Of a stretch of 64,000 nt of DNA, positions 39,871 through 50,633 are shown piece by piece. The translations under genes were made by a program, and so were the position numbers. The notes under the pieces are model-generated. The model had not been told where the DNA came from and ran no database searches. It was given only the letters and a program-made list of their open reading frames with translations. Position 1 is the first letter of the stretch. Every line of letters begins with the position of its first letter. The stretch comes from Opitutales bacterium (GTDB lineage Bacteria; Verrucomicrobiota; Verrucomicrobiia; Opitutales; JABSRG01). Location: contig JBMYOQ010000013.1 of the NCBI GenBank assembly GCA_049599475.1, positions 23,011 to 87,010 of the forward strand. Direction: 5' to 3'.

Positions 39871-41619
39871 ATGCCCACTCACACATTTCGCTCTTTCGCA
39901 GTAGGATTCTGCCTTCTGCTCTCACTGCTTGTTTCCGTCTGCTTCGCCCAAAACGAAGAGGATCCTCAATTCCCCGGGGACGTAGACATACAGTATCATA
40001 TCCCCGTCCCGATGCGCGATGGCGTCACCCTCGCCACCGATGTTTACCTTCCAGATTCAGAAGGAGGCCCCTTCCCTACTCTATTTGTAAGGGATATGTA
40101 TGGCAATGGAGGCGCCGCCGTCCGCCAGCGCTACGCCCGGCTCGCGACCTCCAACGGCTATGCATTCGTCTACCAAAGCGTTCGGGGTCGCTACGATTCC
40201 GAAGGTGCCTGGTATCCTTATTTCAATGAGCAGAACGACGGCGACGACGCCATATCCTGGATCGCCGAGCAAGCGTGGTCGGACGGCAAAGTCGGAATGT
40301 TCGGCAGCAGCTATTTGGCCTCAGTACAGTGGTTGGCCGCCCTTAATGACAACCCTGCCCTCGTCGCCATAGCTCCCTCGGTAAGCCCAGGCAACTACTA
40401 CCGTGACGTCGCCTACCCAGGCGGTGCCTTCTCTCTCCTTAGTCGCGCCAGCTGGGGTATCGGTCTTGCCGGTAGTCGCACGAACATGACATTTCCCGTC
40501 GATTGGATTGGTGGCATCGACCACTTGCCCTTGAAGACCTTGGACCAATCACTGGGATTCAATATTCGGCACTTTCAAGACTGGCTGAAACACCCCAGCT
40601 ACGATAGCTATTGGCGCCCGCTCAACCTCGAAGCTCGAGCGACTGAAATGTCCGTTCCCGCTTTAAATATCGGCGGCTGGTTCGATGTATTTCTGCGCAG
40701 CACGATAGGTAGTTACAAAACCATGACTGAACAAGCGCGGACCGAACTCGCGAGAGAAAACCAACGGCTCTTAATAGGCCCTTGGCCTCACGGCTGGAAT
40801 CGATCCACTCAAAATGGCGACCTAGATTTCGGACCTGATTCTCTCGTAGATTGGGATTCGCTGCACCTCGATTGGTTTGACCACTGGCTAAAAGGGGAGT
40901 CTCTCAGTGACGAGCCTCCCATAAAAATATTCGTCATGGGCGACAATGTTTGGAGGTATGAGAACGCCTGGCCGCTTGAGCGCACGGAGTACACCCCATT
41001 TTATCTACATAGCGACGGATCTTTCGGCATAGACATGCCCGAGAGCGAGAACACGTATCTAGAATACAAATACGATCCGATGGACCCCGTCCCTACACTT
41101 GGGGGCAATATAATGCGCACACAAGTCCGTGGTCCACGCGATCAACGCCCCTTGGATCAACGCACAGACATTCTTCGCTTCATCACTGAACCGGCTGAAG
41201 AGAAAATGGAAATCACGGGCCCCATTACTGCAAACATCTTTGCTGCAAGCGATTCTACAGATACGGACTTCATGGCGAAACTGGTTGTAGTACGTCCTGA
41301 TGGATTGAGCTTCAATTTAGTAGACGGCGTAATCCGGGCGAGGTACCGCGAAGGTTTCGAACAGCCCATCCTCATCACTCCCGGAGAAGTGCTTGAGTAT
41401 ACAATCGACCTCTGGGCGACTAGCTATGTCCTTCAACCCGGTGAGCGCCTGCGTGTCGACATCACCAGTAGTAATTTCCCTCGCTTGAACCGCAATCCAA
41501 ACACCGGAGCTCCTTTCGCCGAAACCACAGAAACTCGGGTCGCGACACAAACAATTCACATGAGTTCAGAGTATCCAAGCAGCATTACTCTGCCGATCAT
41601 CCCTCTAAATGCAGAGTAG
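39871..41619 (+). CDS. CocE/NonD-family serine hydrolase, secreted
   Basis: VPMRDGVTLATD, GRYDSEG, GSSYLA, GGWFD, GPWPHG, SSNFPR. Confidence 0.92.
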   Translation: MPTHTFRSFAVGFCLLLSLLVSVCFAQNEEDPQFPGDVDIQYHIPVPMRDGVTLATDVYLPDSEGGPFPTLFVRDMYGNGGAAVRQRYARLATSNGYAFVYQSVRGRYDSEGAWYPYFNEQNDGDDAISWIAEQAWSDGKVGMFGSSYLASVQWLAALNDNPALVAIAPSVSPGNYYRDVAYPGGAFSLLSRASWGIGLAGSRTNMTFPVDWIGGIDHLPLKTLDQSLGFNIRHFQDWLKHPSYDSYWRPLNLEARATEMSVPALNIGGWFDVFLRSTIGSYKTMTEQARTELARENQRLLIGPWPHGWNRSTQNGDLDFGPDSLVDWDSLHLDWFDHWLKGESLSDEPPIKIFVMGDNVWRYENAWPLERTEYTPFYLHSDGSFGIDMPESENTYLEYKYDPMDPVPTLGGNIMRTQVRGPRDQRPLDQRTDILRFITEPAEEKMEITGPITANIFAASDSTDTDFMAKLVVVRPDGLSFNLVDGVIRARYREGFEQPILITPGEVLEYTIDLWATSYVLQPGERLRVDITSSNFPRLNRNPNTGAPFAETTETRVATQTIHMSSEYPSSITLPIIPLNAE

Positions 41620-41625
41620 GTGGCC

Positions 41626-43014
41626 TTACAGAGAATCCTTAAATTCTTGATACATTCCCAACATCTTCGAAACACGCTCAGGGAATCTATCCGCCAAGTT
41701 GTTGCTCTCTTCAGGGTCAGCCACGAGATTGTATAGTGGCTTCACATTGATGCGCCCTTCGGGTGGCAATAAGCCAGGGTATTCATCGTTGTTTGGCTGT
41801 TCGAAAGGAGCGATAATATTTTCACCGTCTGGTCCTTTGGGGTCGACCCAGTTAGGGCTTAAATCACGGGCGGTCAAAGAACGAGGTGGAGAAAGGTACA
41901 ATTTCCAATCTCCATAACGCATCGTCGTGAAGCGACTATCATGAAACGAAAAGATGGGACGCGGCTCCAATGCATTCCCTCTGAAGACCGGAACGATATT
42001 TTCACCATCCAGCTCAACGCCTTCGGGTAAAGGGATATTACACAGCGACAGCAAAGTCGGGAACAGATCCAAAGACCATAGGGGCTCCGCAACAGTCATT
42101 CCTTTTTCAATACTCTTCGGGTAACGAATCAGGAAAGGCACCCGTAGCCCACCCTCCCAGGAACTCCCTTTCATTCCGCGAAAACCACCCGTCGACCCAC
42201 CGTAGAACGGGCCGTTGTCCGACGTAAAAATCACGATGGTATTTTCGAGGATTTTATTCTCCTCTAGTGCCTCTAAGATCTCCCCGACCGACCAATCCAT
42301 CTCCCGCATCACATCCATGTAAAGATCATTAGGCGTTTCCGGCGTATAAAAAACATCTGAAGCCGCCAGAGGTTTATGTGGCATCGGGTGCGGCACATAG
42401 AGGAAAAAGGGTTGGCCTGCATTGCGGTTGATGAAATCCACTGATTTCTCGGTGTAGTCTCGGGTCAGATTTTTTTGATCCACGCGCTCCACCGCAACCT
42501 CCTCATTTTCCATGATCTGAACGGGCAGCATGTCATTTGAGTAAAGGATGCCGTAATACTCATCAAAGCCCTGCCGAGTTGGATAAAATTGCGGCTTATG
42601 TCCGAGGTGCCATTTTCCGAAAATCGCCGTGGCATAGCCATGCTCTTTATAAACTTCTGCGAGGGTCAGCTCATCTGGACTGAGACCGACATTATCATGT
42701 TCCTCTGAGAGATCAGGGTGCGGATTTCTGAAAAGCCCATTCCTCAAGGGGACACGCCCTGTTAGCAAAGCTCCACGTGACGGGGCACAATAAGGAACCG
42801 GTACGTAGTAATCCGTGGCGAGCGCCCCTTCTTGAGCCAAACGGTCGATATGCGGGGTCTCGTATGCTGTCTGCCCATAGGAGGATAAGTCTCCGTAACC
42901 GAGGTCATCAGCAAAAATGAGCACGACATTGAGTGATTCAGCGGGCATCGCGCGCAGAGCATAGGCACATAGAAGGAATACCGGAAAAATGATTCGATTG
43001 AGGAACAGGGACAT
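41626..43014 (-). CDS. Formylglycine-dependent sulfatase
   Basis: ADDLGYGD, CAPSRGALLTGR, GKWHLG, TSDNG. Confidence 0.95.
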   Translation of the reverse strand: MSLFLNRIIFPVFLLCAYALRAMPAESLNVVLIFADDLGYGDLSSYGQTAYETPHIDRLAQEGALATDYYVPVPYCAPSRGALLTGRVPLRNGLFRNPHPDLSEEHDNVGLSPDELTLAEVYKEHGYATAIFGKWHLGHKPQFYPTRQGFDEYYGILYSNDMLPVQIMENEEVAVERVDQKNLTRDYTEKSVDFINRNAGQPFFLYVPHPMPHKPLAASDVFYTPETPNDLYMDVMREMDWSVGEILEALEENKILENTIVIFTSDNGPFYGGSTGGFRGMKGSSWEGGLRVPFLIRYPKSIEKGMTVAEPLWSLDLFPTLLSLCNIPLPEGVELDGENIVPVFRGNALEPRPIFSFHDSRFTTMRYGDWKLYLSPPRSLTARDLSPNWVDPKGPDGENIIAPFEQPNNDEYPGLLPPEGRINVKPLYNLVADPEESNNLADRFPERVSKMLGMYQEFKDSL

Positions 43015-43156
43015 AATGAGCGACTAGGGTATTTGATCAGCAACACCAGAGCAGGGTTCGTGTTTCGAACAGTGAAGCAAATAGGGGCAAACCTGGGTAA
43101 AGACCCGAGAGTATTACCTCGAAATTTAGGGGAATTTTTTAATCCCCATCCTAATC

Positions 43157-43186
43157 TTTACTTTATAACCTAATTTACTAAAGTAA
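43157..43186 (+). promoter_or_regulatory. Putative operator/promoter of cysH
   Basis: Inverted repeat TTACTTTA-N13-TAAAGTAA overlapping TTTACT-N16-TAAAGT, ending 3 nt before the ATG. Confidence 0.5.
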
Positions 43187-43189
43187 CCA

Positions 43190-43912
43190 ATGATGTCTGC
43201 ACCAGCACCCAGTATTTCCAACCAAGAGCCTGACTTCGAGAGCATGTCAGCCGAAGGCCGTGTCGAATGGGCTGCGGAGACATTTGGCGAGCAGCTTTTC
43301 CTTTCCACAAGCTTCGGCGTGCAGAGCGCAGTGATGCTGAACATGGTAAATTCAGTAATCCCCGGTATTCCAGTGGTGTTCGTGGACACGGGCTACCATT
43401 TCCCTGAGACCTACACCTTTGCCGAGGAGCTCACCGAACGCCTGAAGTTAAACCTCAAAATCTACCAGCCAACCATCACGGCAGCACGCCAGGAAGCTCT
43501 TTGGGGCAAACGATGGGAGCAAGGCTTGGAAGGCATCAATGCCTACAACCAGCTGAATAAGGTGGAGCCCATGAATCGAGCGGTCAGCGAGCTAGATGCA
43601 AAAGCCTGGCTTTCAGGTTTACGCCGCACACAGGCAAGCACGCGCGAGAAACTAGGAATCGTCCAAAAGCAAAATAAGACTTTCAAAGTCCATCCGATTG
43701 CTGATTGGACCGACCGAGATATTTACCAATACCTCACCAAACACGACCTTCCCTACCATCCGCTTTGGGATCAAGGATACGTCTCAATCGGCGATTGGCA
43801 TAGCACCCGCAAATTGGGTGAAGGCATGAGTGAAGAGGATACGCGTTTCGGAGGGCTTAAGCGAGAATGTGGCCTGCACGAATACTCGGATCGCGCCGAT
43901 TATCAGATCTGA
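43190..43912 (+). CDS. cysH: Phosphoadenylyl-sulfate reductase
   Basis: [31 protein letters not shown]; lacks the Fe-S cysteines. Confidence 0.95.
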   Translation: MMSAPAPSISNQEPDFESMSAEGRVEWAAETFGEQLFLSTSFGVQSAVMLNMVNSVIPGIPVVFVDTGYHFPETYTFAEELTERLKLNLKIYQPTITAARQEALWGKRWEQGLEGINAYNQLNKVEPMNRAVSELDAKAWLSGLRRTQASTREKLGIVQKQNKTFKVHPIADWTDRDIYQYLTKHDLPYHPLWDQGYVSIGDWHSTRKLGEGMSEEDTRFGGLKRECGLHEYSDRADYQI

Positions 43913-43993
43913 AAAAAACGGTTAATAAGTCCGCATTGCGGTAATTTTCTGCGAAAAAATTAGGGGCCTTTTAAGGAGACCTGATAACGCACG

Positions 43994-45091
43994 ATGGTAA
44001 GCATTATGACCATCAGCGCAGAACCTACACAGAAATCTACTTCCCATAAAAGTAGCTCAATTGTTTTCGTTGATCCTATCTCTAGAATCCTGGGTGCCTT
44101 CTGGGGCATGTGGGTTGGCGACGCTCTCGCTATGCCCGCTCATTATTACAGGGACAAAGATATTATCAAACGCCACTACGGCCTCCTAAACGAGTTCAAA
44201 GCCCCTCACAACACTCACCCGGGCAGTCGCATGACGCGCCAGACCTATAACCCGTTTTCAACCAAAGCGGATATCGTCCACGACATGAAAGAGCAGTGGA
44301 CACAGCCGGGAACACACGTCCATAGAAGCCTCAAACCAGGAGATTCGACTCTGAACCTGAAGCTAGCTAAATGCCTCTTCGAGAGCATGCAGCAACACGG
44401 TGGCTACAACGAGGAGGATTACATTCAACGCTATCTAAACTTGATGCTCACCCCGGGAGCTCACGGGGATACATGGGTAGACGAATCACATCGCACCTTT
44501 TTCAATCACTATGCCCAGGGTAAACCCGTCTCGGGATGCGGAGATGAGGACAACTCGCTCACCGGCGTCGTCATCAGCCTTCCCATCTTGCTTCACGGAT
44601 GGCGCGACCCGCACAAAGCATCGCAGCAAGCAGATGACCTGACTGATATAGCTCACAAGGGACGCAAGGTTGCGAGCACAACCAAATTCCTGGCACATAT
44701 TTTCTCCTGGATCTTCAAAAACCAAGATTTGGACACCATTCTGTATAAAAAGGCCGGAAAGGGAGCACATTCCTGTCTCAATTATCCACTGAAACAATGG
44801 ATCGACAAAGATGACTTTGAAGTAATCGGCCACCTCGTGCACCCAGGCGACCATATTGAGGAGAACATGCCGACTCTGATGTACTTGGCTTTAAAATATC
44901 AACACAACCCGGGCCAAGCTCTGCTCGTCAACGCCCATGCTGGAGGAGATAGCTGCCATCGCGGGGCCATTCTCGGCGCCATCCTCGGTGCAATCAACGG
45001 AGTAGAATCTCTACCGGCAGAATGGGTATTTGGCCTAAATAATTATGACGAACTCGACAACCTGAGCGACTGGTTGATCGAGAGTCACTAG
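43994..45091 (+). CDS. ADP-ribosylglycohydrolase family protein
   Basis: GMWVGDALAMP and NAHAGGDSCHRGAILGAILGA..LPAEW. Confidence 0.85.
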   Translation: MVSIMTISAEPTQKSTSHKSSSIVFVDPISRILGAFWGMWVGDALAMPAHYYRDKDIIKRHYGLLNEFKAPHNTHPGSRMTRQTYNPFSTKADIVHDMKEQWTQPGTHVHRSLKPGDSTLNLKLAKCLFESMQQHGGYNEEDYIQRYLNLMLTPGAHGDTWVDESHRTFFNHYAQGKPVSGCGDEDNSLTGVVISLPILLHGWRDPHKASQQADDLTDIAHKGRKVASTTKFLAHIFSWIFKNQDLDTILYKKAGKGAHSCLNYPLKQWIDKDDFEVIGHLVHPGDHIEENMPTLMYLALKYQHNPGQALLVNAHAGGDSCHRGAILGAILGAINGVESLPAEWVFGLNNYDELDNLSDWLIESH

Positions 45092-45152
45092 TTCCAGAAA
45101 ATTCAGAGCCCCTCGCTCCCCCTTTTGGCATGCCATCTGGTGAGACTGCGGC

Positions 45153-46595
45153 ATGTCTTTTTCCGATATCGTAAGTAAGGCCAACAGTGTCATCTGGAGC
45201 CCGCCCCTCGTATTTCTCTGTCTGGGCGCTGGCGTCTTCTTCACTATTGCGACACGTTGCGCTCAAGTAAGGCACTTGCCCCATATGTTTCAGTGCCTGT
45301 TCGGCGGAAAGGCCTCCGCCAAAGGCGTAAGCTCCTTTCAGGCATTCGCCCTCGCAGTATCAGGCCGAGTCGGCGTAGGTAACATCGCTGGCGTTGCCGC
45401 GGCCATTGGAGCCGGCGGCCCTGGAGCTATCTTTTGGATGTGGCTTATAGCCTTTGTGGGATCGGGATCGGCATACGTGGAGGCCGCACTCGCGCAAATT
45501 TTTAAAGGTGAAGCCGACGGCCAATACCGAGGAGGCCCCGCATATTATATCGAACGCGGAATGAAGTCCAAATGGTATGCAGCCACCTTCGCGATTGCCA
45601 CCATCATTGGTTGCGGCCTCTGCCTCCCGACGGTTCAAAGCAATCAAATCGGGAAAGCAATGACGAATGCCTTCGGGATCGATTCACGCATTTGTGGCAT
45701 CGTTTTGGTCATTTTTGTTGGCCTTATCATCATCGGCGGAGTCAAGCGAATCAGCCGAGCAGCTCAATTGATCGTTCCGGTCATGGCCGTAGGATACGTC
45801 ATCACGGCAATCGTTGTTATTTTCGCCAATATAAGTGAAGTCCCCGCGGCATTCGGACTTATCTTCAGCAGCGCATTCGGCATCGAAGCCACCTTTGGCG
45901 GCATTCTTGGATCGGCGATCATGATGGGAGTGAAACGCGGCATCTATTCAAATGAAGCGGGCCAAGGCACCGCACCGATGGCCGCTGCCGCAGCGGAAGT
46001 AGAGCATCCCGCCAAACAGGGGCTCGTTCAGGCATTTTCAATTTACTTCGACACCTGGTTAGTGTGCTCCGCGACTGCACTCATGATATTGACCACCGGA
46101 AGCTTCAATACCGCTGGTGCTGAGGAAGGCACATTCCTCGTTGAAGGCCTGCCCGGCGTCGAAAGTGGACCGGCGTTTACTCAGGCGGCAGTCGACACCC
46201 TGGCCCCCGGCTTTGGTAGTGCTTTTATTGCCATAGCGCTCCTATTCTTCGCATTCACAACGATTCTGGCTTATTACTATTACACTGAAAACAACATCGC
46301 CTACATGATGCCTGGCGACTCCAAGCTCAGAGCGTTGATATTCAGAATCACTCAGGTCGTTTTCCTCGGTGTTATTTTCTTCGGGACCATTAACGACGCC
46401 TCGATGGTATGGGCCCTTGGTGATATCGGCGTCGGCCTAATGGCCTGGGTGAATATAATCGCGATTTTAATACTCACGAAACCCGCAATCCGTTGCCTGA
46501 AAGATTACGAGAAGAAACTTAAGAGTGGCGAAAAAATGACTTTCTCCGGCGAAGATATCGGCTTGGGTAAGGACTCTACAGACGCCTGGAAGTAG
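45153..46595 (+). CDS. Alanine/glycine:cation symporter (AGCS)
   Basis: RVGVGNIAGVA, GGPGAIFWMW, RGGPAYY, SNEAGQG. Confidence 0.95.
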   Translation: MSFSDIVSKANSVIWSPPLVFLCLGAGVFFTIATRCAQVRHLPHMFQCLFGGKASAKGVSSFQAFALAVSGRVGVGNIAGVAAAIGAGGPGAIFWMWLIAFVGSGSAYVEAALAQIFKGEADGQYRGGPAYYIERGMKSKWYAATFAIATIIGCGLCLPTVQSNQIGKAMTNAFGIDSRICGIVLVIFVGLIIIGGVKRISRAAQLIVPVMAVGYVITAIVVIFANISEVPAAFGLIFSSAFGIEATFGGILGSAIMMGVKRGIYSNEAGQGTAPMAAAAAEVEHPAKQGLVQAFSIYFDTWLVCSATALMILTTGSFNTAGAEEGTFLVEGLPGVESGPAFTQAAVDTLAPGFGSAFIAIALLFFAFTTILAYYYYTENNIAYMMPGDSKLRALIFRITQVVFLGVIFFGTINDASMVWALGDIGVGLMAWVNIIAILILTKPAIRCLKDYEKKLKSGEKMTFSGEDIGLGKDSTDAWK

Positions 46596-46726
46596 ACCTT
46601 AACACGAGATAATCACCCTGTTGAAATCGCATTCAGCGGCATTGCCAAAACCGAGAGCAAAGCATAGGTCCACAGCACACGCTCCGGAGTTGACGTGTGC
46701 TACCTTTACCATCAGATCAGCGATTT

Positions 46727-47122
46727 ATGATACACCAAACAAAACCACCTTTGATCGAAACACCCACTGGAGAATGCATCCTAGAGATGCTTGGACACGA
46801 GACAGGGGCAACAGACCCCAAACATAGTGTCGCGGAAGTGACCATGGCCGCAGGGGCAACATCGCTCAAACATTACCACCCTGTAGTCGAGGAGAGCTAT
46901 TGGCTGGTCGAAGGGCAAGCACACTTGGAAGTGGGCGAGGAAACCATCGATTTCAAGGCAGGAGACATGGTCCAAATCCCTGTGGGCGAGCCCCACAAGA
47001 TCACGAACACGGGTGAAAGCACGCTCAAGATGATCGTTTGCTGCGCTCCGGCGTGGACTCCGGACTGTTCTGTTTTCTTAGAAGAATGGGACGGCGAAAA
47101 AGTCGTTCCATCCAAGGCCTAG
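46727..47122 (+). CDS. Cupin domain protein
   Basis: HYHPVVEESY and GDMVQIPVGEPH cupin motifs. Confidence 0.88.
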   Translation: MIHQTKPPLIETPTGECILEMLGHETGATDPKHSVAEVTMAAGATSLKHYHPVVEESYWLVEGQAHLEVGEETIDFKAGDMVQIPVGEPHKITNTGESTLKMIVCCAPAWTPDCSVFLEEWDGEKVVPSKA

Positions 47123-47148
47123 TCAGACTTTCGAATGACCCGGCAGCT

Positions 47149-47727
47149 CTATTTCAGAGACTTGAGCTTATCTCGCGTGGCCCGCTTCAACCGCTTCAAC
47201 TTCTTCTCCAAACGCTGAACAACGGGACGTTCCATTCTATCAATAAACAACACACCATTCAGGTGATCCACTTCGTGCTGAATCACACGAGCCAAGATGC
47301 CTCCCGCACGCAATTTGTGAGAGTTTCCGTCTAGATCCTGATACTCCACCTCGACTTCCGTAGGACGGCTGACGTTGCCACGTATATCGGGAAAAGAGAG
47401 GCAGCCTTCCTCATAATCTTCATCGTCACTAGGCAACAATTCCATCTTCGGATTCACGAGAACCATCGGCATAATGAGGTCGAGCGGCGGAGTTTTGCCA
47501 TCCAACTCATAAAAGTAGTCCGGAGGACGATTCTCGAAATTCACATCGACGACACAAATCTGAAGAGATTTGTCTACCTGCTGAGCCGCCAAACCTATTC
47601 CGTCGGCCGAGCGCATGGTATCGACCATATCTTCCGATAGGCGCTTCAGATCAGCATCAAAAGTAGTCACCTCAGCACCGACCTCCTTCAGGACCGGCTC
47701 GCCGAATTCCGTAATTCTTAAAATCAT
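47149..47727 (-). CDS. def: Peptide deformylase
   Basis: GIGLAAQQV, EGCLS, QHEVDHL. Confidence 0.97.
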   Translation of the reverse strand: MILRITEFGEPVLKEVGAEVTTFDADLKRLSEDMVDTMRSADGIGLAAQQVDKSLQICVVDVNFENRPPDYFYELDGKTPPLDLIMPMVLVNPKMELLPSDDEDYEEGCLSFPDIRGNVSRPTEVEVEYQDLDGNSHKLRAGGILARVIQHEVDHLNGVLFIDRMERPVVQRLEKKLKRLKRATRDKLKSLK

Positions 47728-47789
47728 CGCCTGGAATTTAAGCTGAGCTCAATAAAGTTCAATCGCCTTTATCAGCCGATAGCGGCCCA

Positions 47790-49211
47790 TCAATATGCGT
47801 TCTCGCGCTTTACGAAGGTCATGAACATGATCTGGAAATCAAAAAAGAGTGACCAGTTTTCAATGTAATAAAGATCGTAACGAATGCGCTCGGTCAGACT
47901 CGTGTCACCGCGCAATCCGTTCACCTGTGCCCAGCCTGTAATCCCAGGCTTAGCAGTATGGCGAGGGTTGTAGTGATCGATTTCTTTTTCAAAATTTTGA
48001 ATGAGCTCCGGCCGCTCTGGGCGTGGACCTACAAGACTCATATCACCTTTCAAGACACACCAAAATTGAGGCAATTCATCAAGATTCCACTCCCGCATAA
48101 AGGCTCCGATCGGAAGACGGCGAGGATCGTTTTCAACGGCCCATACAGCACCCGTTTCCGCCTCTGCATTCACTTTCATAGAGCGCAGCTTGAGAATTGT
48201 AAATGGCTGCCCGTTCTTTCCAGTACGGGTCTGCTTGTAGAGAATGGGGCCCGGATCCTGTCTTTTGATAATGTAAGCCAAGACGGCCATTACAGGCAAC
48301 GCACCGAGAAGCCCCACCAGACCACCGCCAATGTCCACGGCTCGTTTGAGAGCTTGAAACCAAGGTTTATTAAGTGCAGGTGGCTCTAGACCCAGGACAG
48401 GCAATCCCGATATCGTCTCCAACCTGAGGTTTGATACGAAAATCTGGAACATCGACGGGTTGAGCTTAACATCGACATAGAACCGCTCGCAAAGATGGAC
48501 AACATCGATCAACTCCTTACGCGGTAAGTCGAGATCTGTATTCACCAAAATATCGACCTCAGAATTAAAGAGAACACTCTCCAAATCAGAAATATTGCCC
48601 AGGACAGGGTATATGCACTTCAGGTTTTCAGGCTCCTCGCCAGTCATCACAACCCCCGCAACCTCGTATGGATGTGTGTCATCCTGATGAATCAAGTCTG
48701 CCAGTTTCGCAGCGTCTTCGTTCCATCCCAAAATAGCAACACGCTGAGACAGACGGTTCTTCCACTCCACCGCAGAAAGCACTCGAAAGAAAATAAAGTG
48801 CCAAGCAAGCATACACAATGACACTGAAATAAAGGAACATGCAGCGAAAATACGAGAAACTGATGGCTCGAACTTAAGGATCAAAGATATTGCCAAAAAC
48901 ACGAGAAACCAGAAAAAAGTCCCCCGTAAAATTATCGGCATTACGCGCCTCGGACGGAGAAGGTTCTTCCAACTGTATAATCCTAAATACCCGTAAGTCG
49001 CCAGCAAAAGGACCGATCCGAAAATGATTAGTGGAGCATAATTACCGAACCCTGGCGGCTCTGCAGTCACATTCCCAACTAACTTAATAGGAGAGTAAAA
49101 TCTCAAGAAGTAGCCAAGCGTCAGTCCCAAGAATGCCACCAGCGCATCCAGAACAAACTGTAATGTGATAATCCTATTGTGAAATTCGAGCGTTGAGACA
49201 TCGCGAGCCAT
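47790..49211 (-). CDS. Undecaprenyl-phosphate glycosyl-1-phosphate transferase (WcaJ-like)
   Basis: N-terminal TMs; KLRSM, LDELPQF, MSLVGPRPE, KPGITGWAQVNG. Confidence 0.93.
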   Translation of the reverse strand: MARDVSTLEFHNRIITLQFVLDALVAFLGLTLGYFLRFYSPIKLVGNVTAEPPGFGNYAPLIIFGSVLLLATYGYLGLYSWKNLLRPRRVMPIILRGTFFWFLVFLAISLILKFEPSVSRIFAACSFISVSLCMLAWHFIFFRVLSAVEWKNRLSQRVAILGWNEDAAKLADLIHQDDTHPYEVAGVVMTGEEPENLKCIYPVLGNISDLESVLFNSEVDILVNTDLDLPRKELIDVVHLCERFYVDVKLNPSMFQIFVSNLRLETISGLPVLGLEPPALNKPWFQALKRAVDIGGGLVGLLGALPVMAVLAYIIKRQDPGPILYKQTRTGKNGQPFTILKLRSMKVNAEAETGAVWAVENDPRRLPIGAFMREWNLDELPQFWCVLKGDMSLVGPRPERPELIQNFEKEIDHYNPRHTAKPGITGWAQVNGLRGDTSLTERIRYDLYYIENWSLFFDFQIMFMTFVKRENAY

Positions 49212-49471
49212 GGCGTTTTAGAGAGAAATAATCTTCAGATTCGAAGTAGAGACGAAATCAATGGTGGGATTACCAGGATAATTTGAATGTTTAAGTCGCC
49301 GAGTATAATCGCAACCCAATTGCTTCTTTTAAGAAGAACCTAACGAAAACAATCAAAACAGTGTAAAAACAAGTATATAAAATTCGCCTATCACCCAATC
49401 ATTCACACGGGCACAATCTAGAGTTGACACACCCACTCAATTCGTCACTCTTCGATCTTTTTCTAATTTCC

Positions 49472-49729
49472 ATGGCAAACAAAGCACAAGCCCTCAAATA
49501 CATCCGCAAGACTCGCACACGCACCATCGCGAACCGCCAAGTCAACAGCCGCCTGCGCACACTCGCCAAGAACGTCGATACAGCAAAAGTTTCTGGTGAC
49601 AAGGAAGCAGCCAAGAATGCCGCAGTTGCCTATGTATCTGCTCTCGATAAGGCTGCCAAGCGCGGAATCATCCACCGCAACAAGGCAAACCGCCACAAAG
49701 CAAGCGTTTCAGACTTAATCTTTGCGTAA
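49472..49729 (+). CDS. rpsT: 30S ribosomal protein S20
   Basis: Start moved to MANKAQALK; LDKAAKRGIIHRNKANRHK. Confidence 0.96.
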   Translation: MANKAQALKYIRKTRTRTIANRQVNSRLRTLAKNVDTAKVSGDKEAAKNAAVAYVSALDKAAKRGIIHRNKANRHKASVSDLIFA

Positions 49730-49747
49730 ATCAGATAAGATATTTCC

Positions 49748-49784
49748 CAAAAACCCTCTGGCTCCCATACCAGGGGGTTTTTTG
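49748..49784 (+). terminator. Intrinsic terminator after rpsT
   Basis: CAAAAACCCTCTGG...CCAGGGGGTTTTTTG. Confidence 0.85.
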
Positions 49785-49794
49785 TTGTTATAGC

Positions 49795-50622
49795 ATGTGC
49801 ACGATCGAGAAAGGATTCCTAGGATTCCCAGCTCCTCTTTTGGGAGAGAATTCTCTAAAACTCAACGCACTGGCCTACCCCGGCAAATGGGTCGCAGTGG
49901 AGAAACCGAGTAGAATCCCGATCAAGCCGGATTCCGGCTCAACTGCCCACTCGGAAAACAACTTAGAAACTGCACTTCAGGCAAAAGCGTCTGATCCATT
50001 ACCTTCATGGAAGAAATGGGGGCTCGGACCTGACTTTCGCCCAAAGTCTATCTTTGCTATCGATACAGCTCTTCACGGTTTCGGGCTCTGGGCTCTCAAC
50101 GACTCAACACTAAAGGAGCTCAGAAATCATTATGGCTCTAGTCATTTTACTTTTACCTACGAGTTCCTTGCTCGAGACCACGCCGATTCCGGCAGCGAAT
50201 ACTCCGTAAACCTACCCGTAGCTCAACACCTCCAAGACCCAAGCCGATACGTGATCTCAACAACAACCGGCAAAAAGGCAGAGACTGATTTTTCCAAAAT
50301 CCAATCATGGCCACGAGCCGGCATAGCACTCTGGTCCGCCCAAACCACCCGAACGCGCGGACATCAGATTCGTCTCCACGCTATCGAGTGTGGATTGACC
50401 ATTCTAGGAGAGGACCTTTACGCAAACGATCCCGGCGTCAGCCTTCTCGATCTGAAGAAAAAACGAATTTCCAAACGGAGAGAAGCTGCCATTCCTTTCT
50501 GGCCTGGGCTTAATATTCATCTAAACAAGCTCCAGTCACCCAAGGCCGACCTCGATATTGGGTTCGCCAGACCCGCACTCATGCAAACTTTGATTCGCAA
50601 ACTCGACCAATTCTCCCTCTGA
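49795..50622 (+). CDS. Divergent RluA-family pseudouridine synthase-like protein
   Basis: VEKP, GKKAETDF, HQIRLHA and ILGEDLY are present; HRLD is replaced by FAID. Confidence 0.7.
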   Translation: MCTIEKGFLGFPAPLLGENSLKLNALAYPGKWVAVEKPSRIPIKPDSGSTAHSENNLETALQAKASDPLPSWKKWGLGPDFRPKSIFAIDTALHGFGLWALNDSTLKELRNHYGSSHFTFTYEFLARDHADSGSEYSVNLPVAQHLQDPSRYVISTTTGKKAETDFSKIQSWPRAGIALWSAQTTRTRGHQIRLHAIECGLTILGEDLYANDPGVSLLDLKKKRISKRREAAIPFWPGLNIHLNKLQSPKADLDIGFARPALMQTLIRKLDQFSL

Positions 50623-50633
50623 TCTGACACGAG

